Part shown: positions 40,212-52,526 of the stretch, piece by piece
Numbering within the stretch: the stretch's first letter is position 1
How the letters are laid out: each line of letters starts with the position of its first letter
From: Amoebidium appalachense
Lineage: Eukaryota; Protista; Ichthyosporea
NCBI GenBank assembly: GCA_963693365.1
Contig: CAVNZM010000006.1
Span: 3,038,001 to 3,102,000, forward strand
Reading direction: 5' to 3'
DNA: 64,000 bases
Notes under the pieces: generated by a model
The model's database searches: none
What the model was told of the DNA's origin: nothing
Seen by the model: the letters and a program-made list of their open reading frames with translations, nothing else
Translations under genes and position numbers: made by a program

Positions 40212-42829
40212 CTCCCCCCCTTGTCGGGAGCCTGGTGGTGTCGTTAGACAAGCAAACCACCAGGCTGAGAGGCGATAAACAACCTTCAGCGAGAATTCTT
40301 GTGCGCCGAGCTGCTGGGCAGAACAGAGCAAGGACGGTTGAATAGAGTTGTGCACGTCTATGAGCACTTCTTCATTTGCCAAAACGTAAATTCATGCAGC
40401 ATTCTTCTGTGATTTCATTTTCGTGGCGAAGATTGTTGCAGAGTGTGCGTGCGTGTGCGGATTGTTCGCTTCGTCTCTGTGCTTGGCCTTTTCTGTAGAA
40501 GTAATATTTTCCTTTTTGGGGAATTTTTCCTTTTTAGGACACTCCCGCAGATTCGTTTTCAATTGCGAGTAATTTAGTTGTGTGGATGAATGATCATACC
40601 AAACATTCGATAATGAATATAACTCAAGCCTTAGGTCACTTCGTAGCTCAGGTAGTGGTGGATAGCTTCAAGGCTTAGCCACTGCTCCTTATCCCGGTTC
40701 TACCTTAAGACTGTAAGGCGAGTCACCATGGCCGGAAAAGCCACTTCTTTCATGAACAAAGAGCACTTCTTTCCTTTCAGCTTTAACCCTGCATCATCGG
40801 AGCCGGGAATAACATGAATAAGAATGCCCTAAGTGTTCTTCGTTGGGCGACATAAAGAAATATATCAGCCCGTCAGAACCATTAAAAACCCGGTTCATAA
40901 TTCATAAGAAGAGGGTAGGCAGAGCAAGTCTTCTTCAGAAAACACATGCTTCCATTCGTGAGCAGTTTTCGTATCCCATTTGCCAGCCATTTCCGTTGAG
41001 CAGGGGGATTCCAGGCATAATACATTCTTCTGGAGGCTTGGCCTCAAAAGAAAAGTCGTCACGGTCGCCCTTTCTTTTGTAAGCAACTTCGTGAGCGCGC
41101 TTCGTATCTTCATATCCTCCAGTGCAGGTCTGGATGGTGCCCCATCCTCTGCTTCTTTTGTAGGTGGCCCTACTGTTGGTTCTGTTTGTTGTGTGGAAAA
41201 CCAAAACCATTCGTGTTCGTGGAACTGCTTTGTGCTGTGCTTTCTTTCGTGTTGGTGTTCATGGAGTTACCCCATTCACACACCTACTACTTTCATACAT
41301 CAGACGTAAGTAGCTGCCTGGGGGGTGTGTGGTTCGTGTTCGTGGCATTCTTCTGTTCCTTCGTGAGAAGAATATTCGTTTTAGCAGAGGTGCCCAATAA
41401 GGCAGCTTGTGGGGTTGTCTCCCGCATGTGCCCATTGGTGGGGTATGCACGTGCTAAATTGTTACAGTGTCATCATATTGCAAGGGAATAACATGGTCAC
41501 CTCCGTACCAGGGCCTAGGTACACATGATGGTCCGATGTGTTAGTCAACAACACCTTGCATTCGTATTCGTATTCGTCTTCCTCGTCACTTTCTTCAGTA
41601 GTGAAGGAGGGTATTCGTAATTCGAAACTGAAAGGCTTCCAGCCAAAATACTGACACTGTATGCTGGGGTTGTGAGGGAACGGTGCCCATACCACATTCT
41701 TTTGTTTTCTTTATTCTGGTGGGGGTGTGCCGGCAGCAATTTTATTTTGCATGCGGGTATTCCAGGCTTTACAGCATAGTTCGTATGTTATAGTATTTGT
41801 ACAGTATTGCCACACACTGGCAGTTACCTGTAAATTCGTACCCCACAGCTTCGTTTGTTTCGCATGCACGAACAAAGTTCTGCATCGACTTTATTACATG
41901 CCTTCTGTGCACCAAGAGTGCAAATTCGTTGGGGCATGGCACCAGGAAGGGCCATACATGAGGCATATGTTCGTAATGTGTTTAGGCATGCCAGCATACG
42001 TTCATGCGCATGTTGTGCATCCTGTGCGATAAACTATGGGGCATGCTGTATTCGACAACAGCAAGAAATTCGAAGCATGCATGCAAAACTACTTTCACAG
42101 CACCTTATGTCCTACATGCTATAGGAACAGCGACTATCTTCTTCTTTAAATGCATTCGTGCTGAAAGTGGCCGTGCATCTGGCTTGCGAGTGTGGACGTG
42201 CATGCGGTGGCATGGACACGATGGCAGTGTGCAATAGGGCAATGCACGCAAGGGCAACGGTTTTATTTTCTTCCTAACATAGAGGGGGCTGTGTGCATTG
42301 CAACCCAAGCAGTGTTGTGCATTCGTTCTTTCATTTTCGTATTTCCAGTTCATTTTGCTTTCGTTTTTCGTTTTTTGTCGTTTGATAACTTCGTTACTTC
42401 ATTTTGTTTTCGTGTTGCATTCATTTCGTATTTCCTCTATGCAATCGTTTGTCGTTAATTCTTTATTTCATTGCGTATTCGTGATGGTTGGTTTTTCGTT
42501 GGTTCATTGCTTCGTTAGCAATTCTCTATTCGTTTGTTCGTGTATTCGTTGTTTCGTTGTGTTTTCGTTTTTCTTCGCGTTTTTTATGTGTCGTAGTATA
42601 AGGAGATTTTCATGCTTTCAATTCTTTCCGTGTAGGTGGGCTGGCCACTTCAAACTTGTCGGTGTATATATTCTAAGCCGGAAAAGGAAAGATGTGCCTA
42701 TCATCGGGGTAAAAAGGATTGTGATCGGCCATGGGAGATTCTTGAGCTGATTGAAAGATGTGAGATTCTTGAACTGATTGAAAGATGTGATTGAAAGATG
42801 TGAGATTCGAAGGATGCGAGATTCTTGAA

Positions 42830-42843
42830 CTGCGCGGTCGCCA
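42830..42843 (-). promoter_or_regulatory. Primer-binding site, probably tRNA-Arg
   Basis: TGGCGACCGCGCAG lies 1 nt inside the 5' LTR and resembles the complement of eukaryotic tRNA-Arg(TCG) 3' ends (from memory). Confidence 0.7.
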
Positions 42844-42844
42844 A

Positions 42845-43324
42845 TGTAAACAGTTGGACTAGTTAGGATAAGGCAGAGTACAACTGAATCAAAATAAAGA
42901 CAGAGAACGGGTAGAAAGGCACACGCGGCCAGGTTGCTTTTACTATGGGCCGACTCAGTCTGTCTCAGACTTCACTGATGTGATCCCCGTACTGGGACGG
43001 CTTTCTTATATAGCCCCCAGGTTTCGGATCAAGGCCCAGGATTGGTTCATCCGCGGCCAGCGCGGGTGGCAACATGCCATTCGTGATTCTGGTGCGGTCC
43101 GAGCCAGTCAGACCTTCGTCCTATTTATGCAAACCTCTTATTGGTTCACTTCGTTTATGTGGTATGCAGCGGAAGAACCATATATGGCTCAATTCTTAGG
43201 TCAGAGTGAGTCCTATTGGTGCGGACATAATATTTATGTGATATTCATGACAAAGCACGAATCGTGTGCTAGTAGATCACATTCTTTAGTAAACATGTAC
43301 AGTTCATGTGTACAGTTGTTTACA
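42845..43324 (-). repeat. 5' LTR of the non-autonomous element
   Basis: Direct repeat of 39732-40211. Confidence 0.95.
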
Positions 43325-43377
43325 CACACGCGCATACCATATCATGTGCACGCAAACACACACAAACACACACACAC

Positions 43378-43456
<79 letters not shown>

Positions 43457-43499
43457 TGCAGACACACACGCACGCACACACACACACACACACATGTGT

Positions 43500-43570
<71 letters not shown>

Positions 43571-44237
43571 GTACACACACACAGACACACACACACACAC
43601 ACACCGACACACAACTTTCTCCTTCTACCTATTAACCAAATTGTTCCCCTACACACGCACCCACGCACACACATACACACACATGCACACACACACAGAC
43701 ACGTGCCCGTACACACATACACACGTACACACCTCATTTCCGTGGCCTGCTCTAAGCGGGGAACGGGGGCCCCGAGGGGAGGGGGGGGAGGGGAGGGGGG
43801 GGGGGATCCATACTTCCTACTCACCAACTGGGAAGCTAATGGATGTTTCAGCCTAACTTTGCCGGGCTAATGGCTTGAGAGATATCGACGGATATAAATA
43901 CCAAAGGGGAGGGGGGGAGGGGGGGGGAGGGGGGGAGGGGGACAGCTACAATCTACACACACACAAACACACGTGCGTACCTACACACACACACACATAC
44001 GCACGCGTACACACGTGCACACTCCGTACACACACACAGACACACACACACACACACCTACACTCCGAAACACATGCAAGTGTATGCCACGTGCAATAAT
44101 CTGATTGGCACACAAACCTCCCTTGTGTCGCAAGTTGCAACGACTGGCAGTCTGCAGGTAATTGCCACAGTGTCACACGCACGCATGCACGCACGCACAC
44201 ATACAAAAACACACACACACACACGCACACGCATACG

Positions 44238-44323
<86 letters not shown>

Positions 44324-44683
44324 ACAAAAGCTTAAACAGAACAGGAATGGGGAAGAAAAAACCACGGGTAAGAGAAGGGAACAGCAATGGAAGGGAACGA
44401 AAGGGATCAGGGAAACAGAGCAAGCAACGGGAAGAGCACGAGCAATCAAACAACAAGGGAAGAGCAAGGTATAAGGGAAAAACAGCAACGGCCGATGAGT
44501 CCCACAATTCAGATTCCGGCTGAAAATAAAAAATCTTTATTCAGATATGTAAACGAGTCACAAATCTCCAAAAAAACAACACGCACAGCCAAATCATGTT
44601 TAGAAATACAAAATAAGACGTAAGTGACAACAACAATCACAGTATACATTTGGCAAAACATCAGATCACAGTCATATTCCTGA

Positions 44684-44726
<43 letters not shown>

Positions 44727-45551
44727 GTCTTCTCCCCTTCCGCATCTTCTTTTTCACCACAACCTGAACAAACCCTCTAACGAACCCAAACCACTTTTTT
44801 CACCACTAAACGTCATTTCATACAAACCTTTCACTTCTTTCCCCATCTTTCAGCTGAAAATAATTATAATCTTTATCACTTATGTAAACAAATCACGCAT
44901 ATTTTTTTTCACCACAACCCTAGAAAACCCTGTAACGAACCCAAATCTCTTCTTTCACCACATAAACATCATATCATACCAAGCCGGCTCATTCAACATA
45001 TCTTTGTCATAAAATAATATAACTCAATAACTCTATCCCAATACTACATCATACAAAAAAATCTTTTTTCCTGCACCACCACACATGTCTACCTACAAAA
45101 ACAACTTGATCTATCAAATACCGTGACATTAAACTTGACCCCACTGGCCACTTCTTTTCGTACTGCGTAACCCTATATTACAATTCCGAAAGAGACTTTA
45201 CATAATAACATCCAGAACCAATGCTATACTTGAAAAATCTCAACATTCAGGTTTCTCCGAGTCTTTCTTCTTTTTCAGATACGGGTTGAAAAACGCTGGC
45301 GTGCCGGTATATGCTGGCTTCATAGCTCCTCCAGCTGACTGTGGCCGAGAAGTTTCCTTGGGGGGATAAATTGGCGTAATACTGCCCGCGCGAATGACAG
45401 GGCCACTGGAATCACTTTGAAGTAGTCCATGCACCGACACAAGTTTCCCATTTTCAAACGTCAATGGACCACTTTCAGACGGTTTTTGTGTCACAGCATC
45501 GCGTTTGTGATAACTTGCGTTATCATCAAACTTGACAGTGTAAACCGTCGC

Positions 45552-46274
45552 TGTCGTATCCTATTGTATGTGTACTAGAGACGCGGCACTCTACTAAGTG
45601 TACACACACGAAAAGGAACGAACGTGTACGGAAAAACGGTAAAGTTTATTCAGACCAGGCTCCGACGGGCAAACTTAGATCCGTACGGAATGAGTCTAAG
45701 TTACGACTGAGGCCATCAAGGCCGTGCCCTCAAAGATCATCATCACCTGGCCCCCTACGATGCCACATTCCATTAACATTCCGATCTACTTTTATCGTGC
45801 GCCTGCACGAGCTAAGTCGATCTACTCAACTAATATATTTATCCAAGTCTCACCCCTCACCCTCCCCCTAGTGGCACCGCAGAGTCTAAATCTACATTTC
45901 ATACTATCCTCCCCCCCCCCTCCCTCCCCCCTTTCCTCTACATCGAAATATATAAATAAGTTTGGCAACATATACTATCAAACCTTGCCAATACTTACAA
46001 AAGGGCTTCTGCCCGAACAATCACATTCCTAAGTCCTCCTACGATCTATCCTACACACTAATTAGAATTCTATTGGACGGCTGTCCCGGCTGACGTGGTC
46101 CAATGCCCTGCGCCGGCAGAGGCAAGATGCACGCAGCTGCCAGACAGCTATCTTGAGGCCTCGGACTTGATCTTGATGATCTGTGGACCCGGGCCACCCC
46201 CCCCCCCCCCCCCCCCCCCCCCGATCTCGATCGTAGACTTAGGCTAATCTGCTGAGACGGATTAGTATATGTCA
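45552..46274 (-). repeat. 3' LTR of the chromovirus
   Basis: Direct repeat of 49574-50288. Confidence 0.95.
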
Positions 46275-46476
46275 ACTCCCCCCCCGGCCCCCGGAAAAGC
46301 TGAGTCCCACCTCAGTCACATTACATCTAACACCCCCTAAAAAGACATAGACTAATCAGTCTCCCAAAAAAAATTAAATAAATAAATTACGAAGAAAAAT
46401 AATAAATTAATCTACACCATAAGCTTGATACCTACGGAGACACCTATGATAATAAATTAAATTCCTACGACTACGT

Positions 46477-49400
46477 TCACACTCCTCCTCGGTCTCCTCC
46501 CCTTCCTCCCCCTCCCCCCGTGTGTCTACGTGTATTTGCATCACTCCCCCCCCCGGCCCCCTCCCCCACCGACTTTTTCACACCACGATTAAACTGAGGA
46601 ATAACTCTTTTTGGCCGAGAGGGAGCACTAGGCAACTCCCTCTGCACTAATCTAGCCTCATAAGCACGAATAGAAAACGGGCAATCCAAATGAAACTCAG
46701 GCAACCACTGATCTTCCTGATAACCTCCCTCAAAACGAATTAAATAATAATTTACCTTACCTTCCTTACCTTCGATAACCTTTTTATCCATAATTTTATC
46801 TACTGCAGCCTCCGATACATCCACCGACCCGTCATAGTCGGGGGTGAATGCATCTAACACTCGACGGCCCTCCGGCCGTTTAACCCTAAGGGCCCTATCA
46901 TAATATTCCTTTATATCATCTACATTATAAAATCTAACATCACTCTCATTATCTAACCTCTGCACCTTATATTCCGTCGGACCTAACCTAGCCACTATTT
47001 TATACGGGCCAATGAAAAGAGGCAACCATTTCTTACCATACTTACGAAGACCTTCACCTTCACCCTTACCTTCCTGCTCCTGCTTATATCTCTTTTTCCT
47101 AGTATGATCCCTAATTAAAACTAAAGTACCCTCGGCAAATTCACGTAACGGACGTGTGGACACGTCTGCACGTGTCTGTGCCTGCTGTGTACGGGCCAGA
47201 GCTGCATCACGTGCAGCCCGGGCCCGGGTTAGTAGCTGCTCCCGGAACTCAGTCCAGTGGGGATAGGTTAGTCGGTCAGCCCCCCCATCGGCAAAAGTGC
47301 CGTATCTAACAAACTAATAGCCTCCTGCCCATAGACCAAATAAAACGGAGAAAAACCAGTCACAGCATGAGGGGTAGAATTATACGAATGAGCAATAAAC
47401 CTAGACATATGATCCCAATCATTAGCCTCCACATCCACCATTTTGCCAAAGGACGTCTGAAACACTGCATGCACACGTTCAGAGATGGCATTTGCTTGAG
47501 GGTGATATGCAGACGTAGTGATATGAGCTACCCTTAAAATTTTACACACCTCCGACACCAACTGATTTAAAAACACACGACTCCTATCCGTTAACAAAAC
47601 ACGAGGACAACCAAACCTAAGACAAATTTCATCCACAAAAATACGAGCAAACAAAACGGCATTAGCAGTGGGGAGAGGAAAAACTTCAACCCAACGAGTG
47701 GCCACATCGGTGACGGTAACAAGAACAGTGTTACCCTCAACCGTAGAATTAAAAGGACCGACCACATCCACTGCTACCCTTTCAAACATACGAACATTAA
47801 AATCCCTAATAAACGACGGGCGGGAACGAGAGTGGGGACTCTCATTCCTTTCCTGACAATGCATGCATGACAACACATAATCCCTCACCTCCCTACTCAT
47901 ACCCGGCCAAAAATACGAACGATTAACACGAAGCAACGTCCTATTTACACCTAAATGACCAGCCATGGGATGCTCATGCACCATATGCAAAACCTCAGGC
48001 ACAAGTGCCGTCGGGACCCAAACTCGGTGTCCGTCTGGCCCAGAACAATGATAAACTAAATCCTGCTCTACCTGACACATTTTTGCTAACTTAGCTACCT
48101 TAAGCATCTGCCTTTTATTTTTAAATTTAATCGAATCAACCGGCCCCTTTAAATAATTCTTAACCAGACCAATCAACACATCTTCCTCCTGCGCTAAGAT
48201 CAAAGCCGTAGGTGCTAAGGCAGGGGCCGAGCCATGAGACTCGGTCCCGACCTCAGACACTGACAAATACCGCCCCCCCCCTCCCCTACACTTATAAGCA
48301 AGCAACCCCGGAGCCCAAGAAGAAACATCAACAGACACAGCATCTATTCCTTTCTGCTCACTCTCCCCCCCTTCCCCCCCCTCCCCCCCCCCGTCTCTCA
48401 CTAGCCCCCCCTCCCCCTCCTTCTCTTCTTCAAACAAAATATAAGCAGCACGAGAGAGAGCATCACAGTCAACCATTGTTTCACCCTTGGCATAAAACAA
48501 TTTATAGGAGAACTCACCGAGAGCCGCGGCCCACTTCTGCATCCTCTCGTTGACCAGACGAGTGGTGCCGGCCATGGCTAGGCAGGGCTTGTGGTCGGTG
48601 TAGACCTCAAACGTCCTGCCTGCGAGTATATACCTCCATGCCTGTGAGACTGCCCAAAAGATAGCATGGGACTCTCTCTCCGGATTGCTATATCTACGTT
48701 CACTTTTACTAAATGAACGACTAGCATAAGCAATCACTCTATCCTGCCCCTCCTGCACTTGATATAACACGGCCCCCTCAGCAACCTTACTTGCATCACA
48801 CCGAACTTTAAACATCCCCCCCCCGGCCGAAAAATCAGGATGAACAAGCATACTCGAAGACTGCAAAGCTAACTTAAGCTTTTCGAAAGCAGAAACAGCA
48901 TCAGCATTCCAATCAATTCTATTCTTCTTCTCCCCCCCCCGTCTGACTAGTTAACGGCAAAGCAAGCATACTATAATCCTTAATATAACGACGAAGATAA
49001 TTAGTTAAACCTAAAAATTGCCTTAGTTGAGTGACAGTCTGAGGACGGGGCCACTCAACTATGGCCCGGATTTTCTCCGGATCAGGGGCAAGACCATTAC
49101 TAGACACAATATGACCTAAAAACTTAACCTCCGGCACACCAATCACAGTCTTGCTACCGCTAATACGAAGACCAGACTCACCCAAAGCTAAAAATACTTT
49201 TTCACAATTATTAACTAACTCCTCAAATGACCTACCTTTAATTAAAACATCATCCAAATAAGGGTGGCATACATCCAAATGAGGGTGGAGAATTTTATAC
49301 ATTACCCGGCACAACATAGCTGGAGAGGAGAGCAAACCCATCGGCACCACCTTGTACTGGAACAGCTGGTCACCCAGTGCAAAGGCAGTCTTCTCCTTGC

Positions 49401-49573
49401 TGCTCTCCTCCAACCTTATCTGCCAAAAAGCTGCTTTTAAATCAAGTTTAGCAAAGTGAGTATAGCCGTGCAGCTGTGAAAGCTGCTCGTCTATGTTAGG
49501 GAGAGGCCATTGGTCTGCCTTAGTGATCCGATTCAGAGCCCTGTAATCGTTCACTAGACGCCAAGATGTAGCT
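46477..49573 (-). CDS. pol: Partial pol: RT, RNase H, integrase (HHCC, DDE, GPY) and chromodomain; two frameshifts in G-runs
   Basis: WRLVNDYRALN, LDLKAAFWQI, YLDDVLI; CDAS...YTDHK...DALSR; HEHPMAGH...CMHC, DVVGP...TD...ER; FIGPYKI; VDKIMDKK...YYLIRFEGG...DQWLPEFHL. Confidence 0.95.
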
Positions 49574-50288
49574 TGTCGTATCCTATTGTATGTGTACTAG
49601 AGACGCGGCACTCTACTAAGTGTACACACACGAAAAGGAACGAACGTGTACGGAAAAACGGTAAAGTTTATTCAGACCAGGCTCCGACGGGCAAACTTAG
49701 ATCCGTACGGAATGAGTCTAAGTTACGACTGAGGCCATCAAGGCCGTGCCCTCAAAGATCATCATCACCTGGCCCCCTACGATGCCACATTCCATTAACA
49801 TTCCGATCTACTTTTATCGTGCGCCTGCACGAGCTAAGTCGATCTACTCAACTAATATATTTATCCAAGTCTCACCCCTCACCCTCCCCCTAGTGGCACC
49901 GCAGAGTCTAAATCTACATTTCATACTATCCTCCCCCCCCCCCCTCCCTCCCCCCTTTCCTCTACATCGAAATATATAAATACGTTTGGCAACATATACT
50001 ATCAAACCTTGCCAATACTTACAAAAGGGCTTCTGCCCGAACAATCACATTCCTAAGTCCTCCTACGATCTATCCTACACACTAATTAGAATTCTATTGG
50101 ACGGCTGTCCCGGCTGACGTGGTCCAATGCCCTGCGCCGGCAGAGGCAAGATGCACGCAGCTGCCAGACAGCTATCTTGAGGCCTCGGACTTGATCTTGA
50201 TGATCTGTGGACCTGGGCCACCCCCCCCCCCCCCCCGATCTCGATCGTAGACTTAGGCTAATCTGCTGAGACGGATTAGTATATGTCA
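49574..50288 (-). repeat. 5' LTR of the chromovirus
   Basis: Direct repeat of 45552-46274; abuts RT codons directly. Confidence 0.95.
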
Positions 50289-50442
50289 GTCGCCCCACCG
50301 GAAACGGGCACGTTCAACTTGAAATCATGCGACTTTTCCGTGTCTCCCGTTTTCCGCAAGCTGCCAACTGTCCCCGTCGCAGAAATCGACACTCGATACT
50401 CCTGTCATAAAAAGATTAGAACTTACAGATTTCGAGAACAGC

Positions 50443-52365
50443 GGGGGGGGGGGGGGGGGGGGGGGGGGGGGAAAGGGGGGGGGGGGGAGGGAGACGGAAG
50501 AGGGAGAGAGAGACGGGGAGACAAGGGCAGGGGACGGCGCGGGAGAGGAGAGGGATAAGGAATTCGAAAACAACAGCCAAAAGGTAAACAAAAAGTAAAC
50601 TCATTACCAAAACCAATAATTATGAAACCCTCCCTACCACAAATTACGTATCAAACAGAAAGGGAAACAGCAACCCACCGACTCGTATGACGGATGTGAA
50701 AAAAACAAGAACAACAGGGCCCGGGAAGGGCCGCGAGAGGTGGGGGCCGGGAGGGGAGGGGAGGGAGCCGGCAACTGAGGGGACTGAGGGAGGGGGGGGA
50801 GGGGAGAGGGGGGGTTGGGGAGGGGAAAGAGAACATCAATTTAAACAGCAAAAGCCATGACACTGAGTCAAAAGACCAAAGAACCAGCAAAAGGCAAAGC
50901 AGGTCCCGGCGGGCAAGGAATAAGGGAACCCAGGAAGAAGGGAAGGGCAAAGGGAAAGACACTTACTGTAGCTTCCGGCAGTTCTGAGTCACTGGGAAGG
51001 AAACCTGTAATCCCAATCATCCGGCCATCCATCTCTCCCACATATCCAGCAGCTTGAAGAAATCTTTTCACTTCAAAAAACACAAGAACGTTTGTATCCA
51101 CTTGACATTGTTCCATTTCCTCTGCCTTAAAAGTTTGCACCTGCGCTCGGAAACCAGTACCAGGTACTGCCACAATTTGTTCCAGGGAAATAGTAGTATT
51201 GTTGTGTCCCACTACCCTCCCACCCATACTCATGCGCACACCCTTTTATACCCCATCGATTAACGCACATTCTGGAACATCATACACCTGCCATGCAACC
51301 TCAATCACCTATGTCCACAACCTTCCCCAAAAAAAGGACATGAACAAAAAACAGAAAAGAGAGGAGAAAAGCTCAACAACCAAAACAGAAAAGAAAACCA
51401 GGACAACACCAACACCTCATCGTGACCAGTAACATACACACACACTCCCTGCCAAAAACTCAATGGTTCCCGAACACCCTAATCAAGCAATTCCATGCAC
51501 ACGACTGTGTTAACCCCCCAAACCTCATTTCACATTCATTCCTACGGTCCCGTAACGTTAACCCAGTCCCCTCTTTAACCGCACCTGTCATAAATTATTA
51601 TTCTGGCATATATAATATACACCAACTACAAAACGTAGCGATCGCATTCAGTTCAAAGTCTATCCGGTTTCAGCATGGCAGCTGACGGTGGAGAATTGAT
51701 GGCACTACGTACCGATTTCAGAGAGTATTTACCTTCTCTCTCTCCAATTCAACTGAAAAACCCGAAACATTACTGTTTAGCAACAGGAACGCTTAAGTTC
51801 CCCAACTGTTTCAATCCTACAGATCGATGGGGTGCCGGCACATGGTTGGTATATTTCAAAAGTGACACACATGGAGTCTACGGGAAACTGCATGTAGTAC
51901 CAGCCATACAAAAGGTTGAAGGGTACGGACCAATTCACCAAAACGAGAAAGTCAACGTACGTTTTCATTTCCATTGTGTTTCTGGTGAAGAAAGAATACA
52001 AGGCACTCCAGTGTACTTCTACGCAATAGGAACACAATTGCTTTCAACTCCAACTTTAACGCATGGTGATTTCATAAATCCCTAAATCACCGTCGACAAC
52101 AACACCGCGACAGCAACAGGTACAGCCTTCCTACTACATCATACCTACGTACGGTTGTTTACGGTTATTTATCACTGGTATGCCGGTAGTGAAATGTAAT
52201 TGGTTGTTGTTTAATGACTGGAATGGCTGCAAAGAAAATGTCTTTCTGTTGCCGTGGGGAGAGTGTTTATCAACAGCCACTCCCTACCACTCACACGCGC
52301 ATACCATATCATGTGCACGCAAACACACACAAACACACACACACAACACACACACACACACCTCT

Positions 52366-52403
<38 letters not shown>

Positions 52404-52467
52404 GCGCGCACACACGCACTGCAGACACACACGCACGCACACACACACACACACACATGTGTGCACA

Positions 52468-52525
<58 letters not shown>
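50443..52525. repeat. Segmental duplication copy B (no non-autonomous LTR insertion)
   Basis: Near-identical to 37881-39731 plus 43330-43565. Confidence 0.95.
51675..52085 (+). CDS. 136-aa beta-rich protein, possible single OB fold (copy B)
   Basis: Translation identical to 39110-39520. Confidence 0.55.
   Translation: MAADGGELMALRTDFREYLPSLSPIQLKNPKHYCLATGTLKFPNCFNPTDRWGAGTWLVYFKSDTHGVYGKLHVVPAIQKVEGYGPIHQNEKVNVRFHFHCVSGEERIQGTPVYFYAIGTQLLSTPTLTHGDFINP

Positions 52526-52526
<1 letters not shown>

Larger units (their letters stand above)
39732..43324 (-). mobile_element. Non-autonomous Ty3/Gypsy-derived LTR retrotransposon (3.6 kb), recent insertion
   Basis: 480-bp LTRs TGTAAACA...TGTTTACA with one visible difference; 5-bp TSD CACAC; PBS at 42830-42843; PPT at ~40212-40222. 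Eroded RT remnants (IMNRVF...EEHLGH...AGLKLKGKKCSLFMKEVAF) at ~40720-41000. Empty site at 52292-52296. Confidence 0.93.
45552..50288 (-). mobile_element. Ty3/Gypsy chromovirus LTR retrotransposon lacking PBS, gag, protease and the RT N-terminus
   Basis: LTRs 45552-46274 and 49574-50288 (TG...CA, near-identical), 5-bp TSD GTCGC, purine-rich PPT at ~46275-46292, domain order RT-RH-IN-chromo. Confidence 0.96.
45240..51239 (-). pseudogene. Putative multi-OB-fold (RPA/SSB-like) gene interrupted by the chromovirus
   Basis: Exon ~51239-50967 (donor ACA|GTAAGT) splices in phase 0 to an exon starting at 50401. Removing 45547-50288 restores an open exon EYRVSISATGTVGSL...SHDFKLNVPVSGGAT^VYTVKFDDNASY...FENGKLVSVHGLLQSD...* ending at 45240. 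Confidence 0.6.

Noticed and set aside
39867-40247. 126-aa ORF, repeated at 42980
   Set aside because: It lies inside the LTR, antisense to the element, starts at a non-ATG codon and has no recognisable motif.
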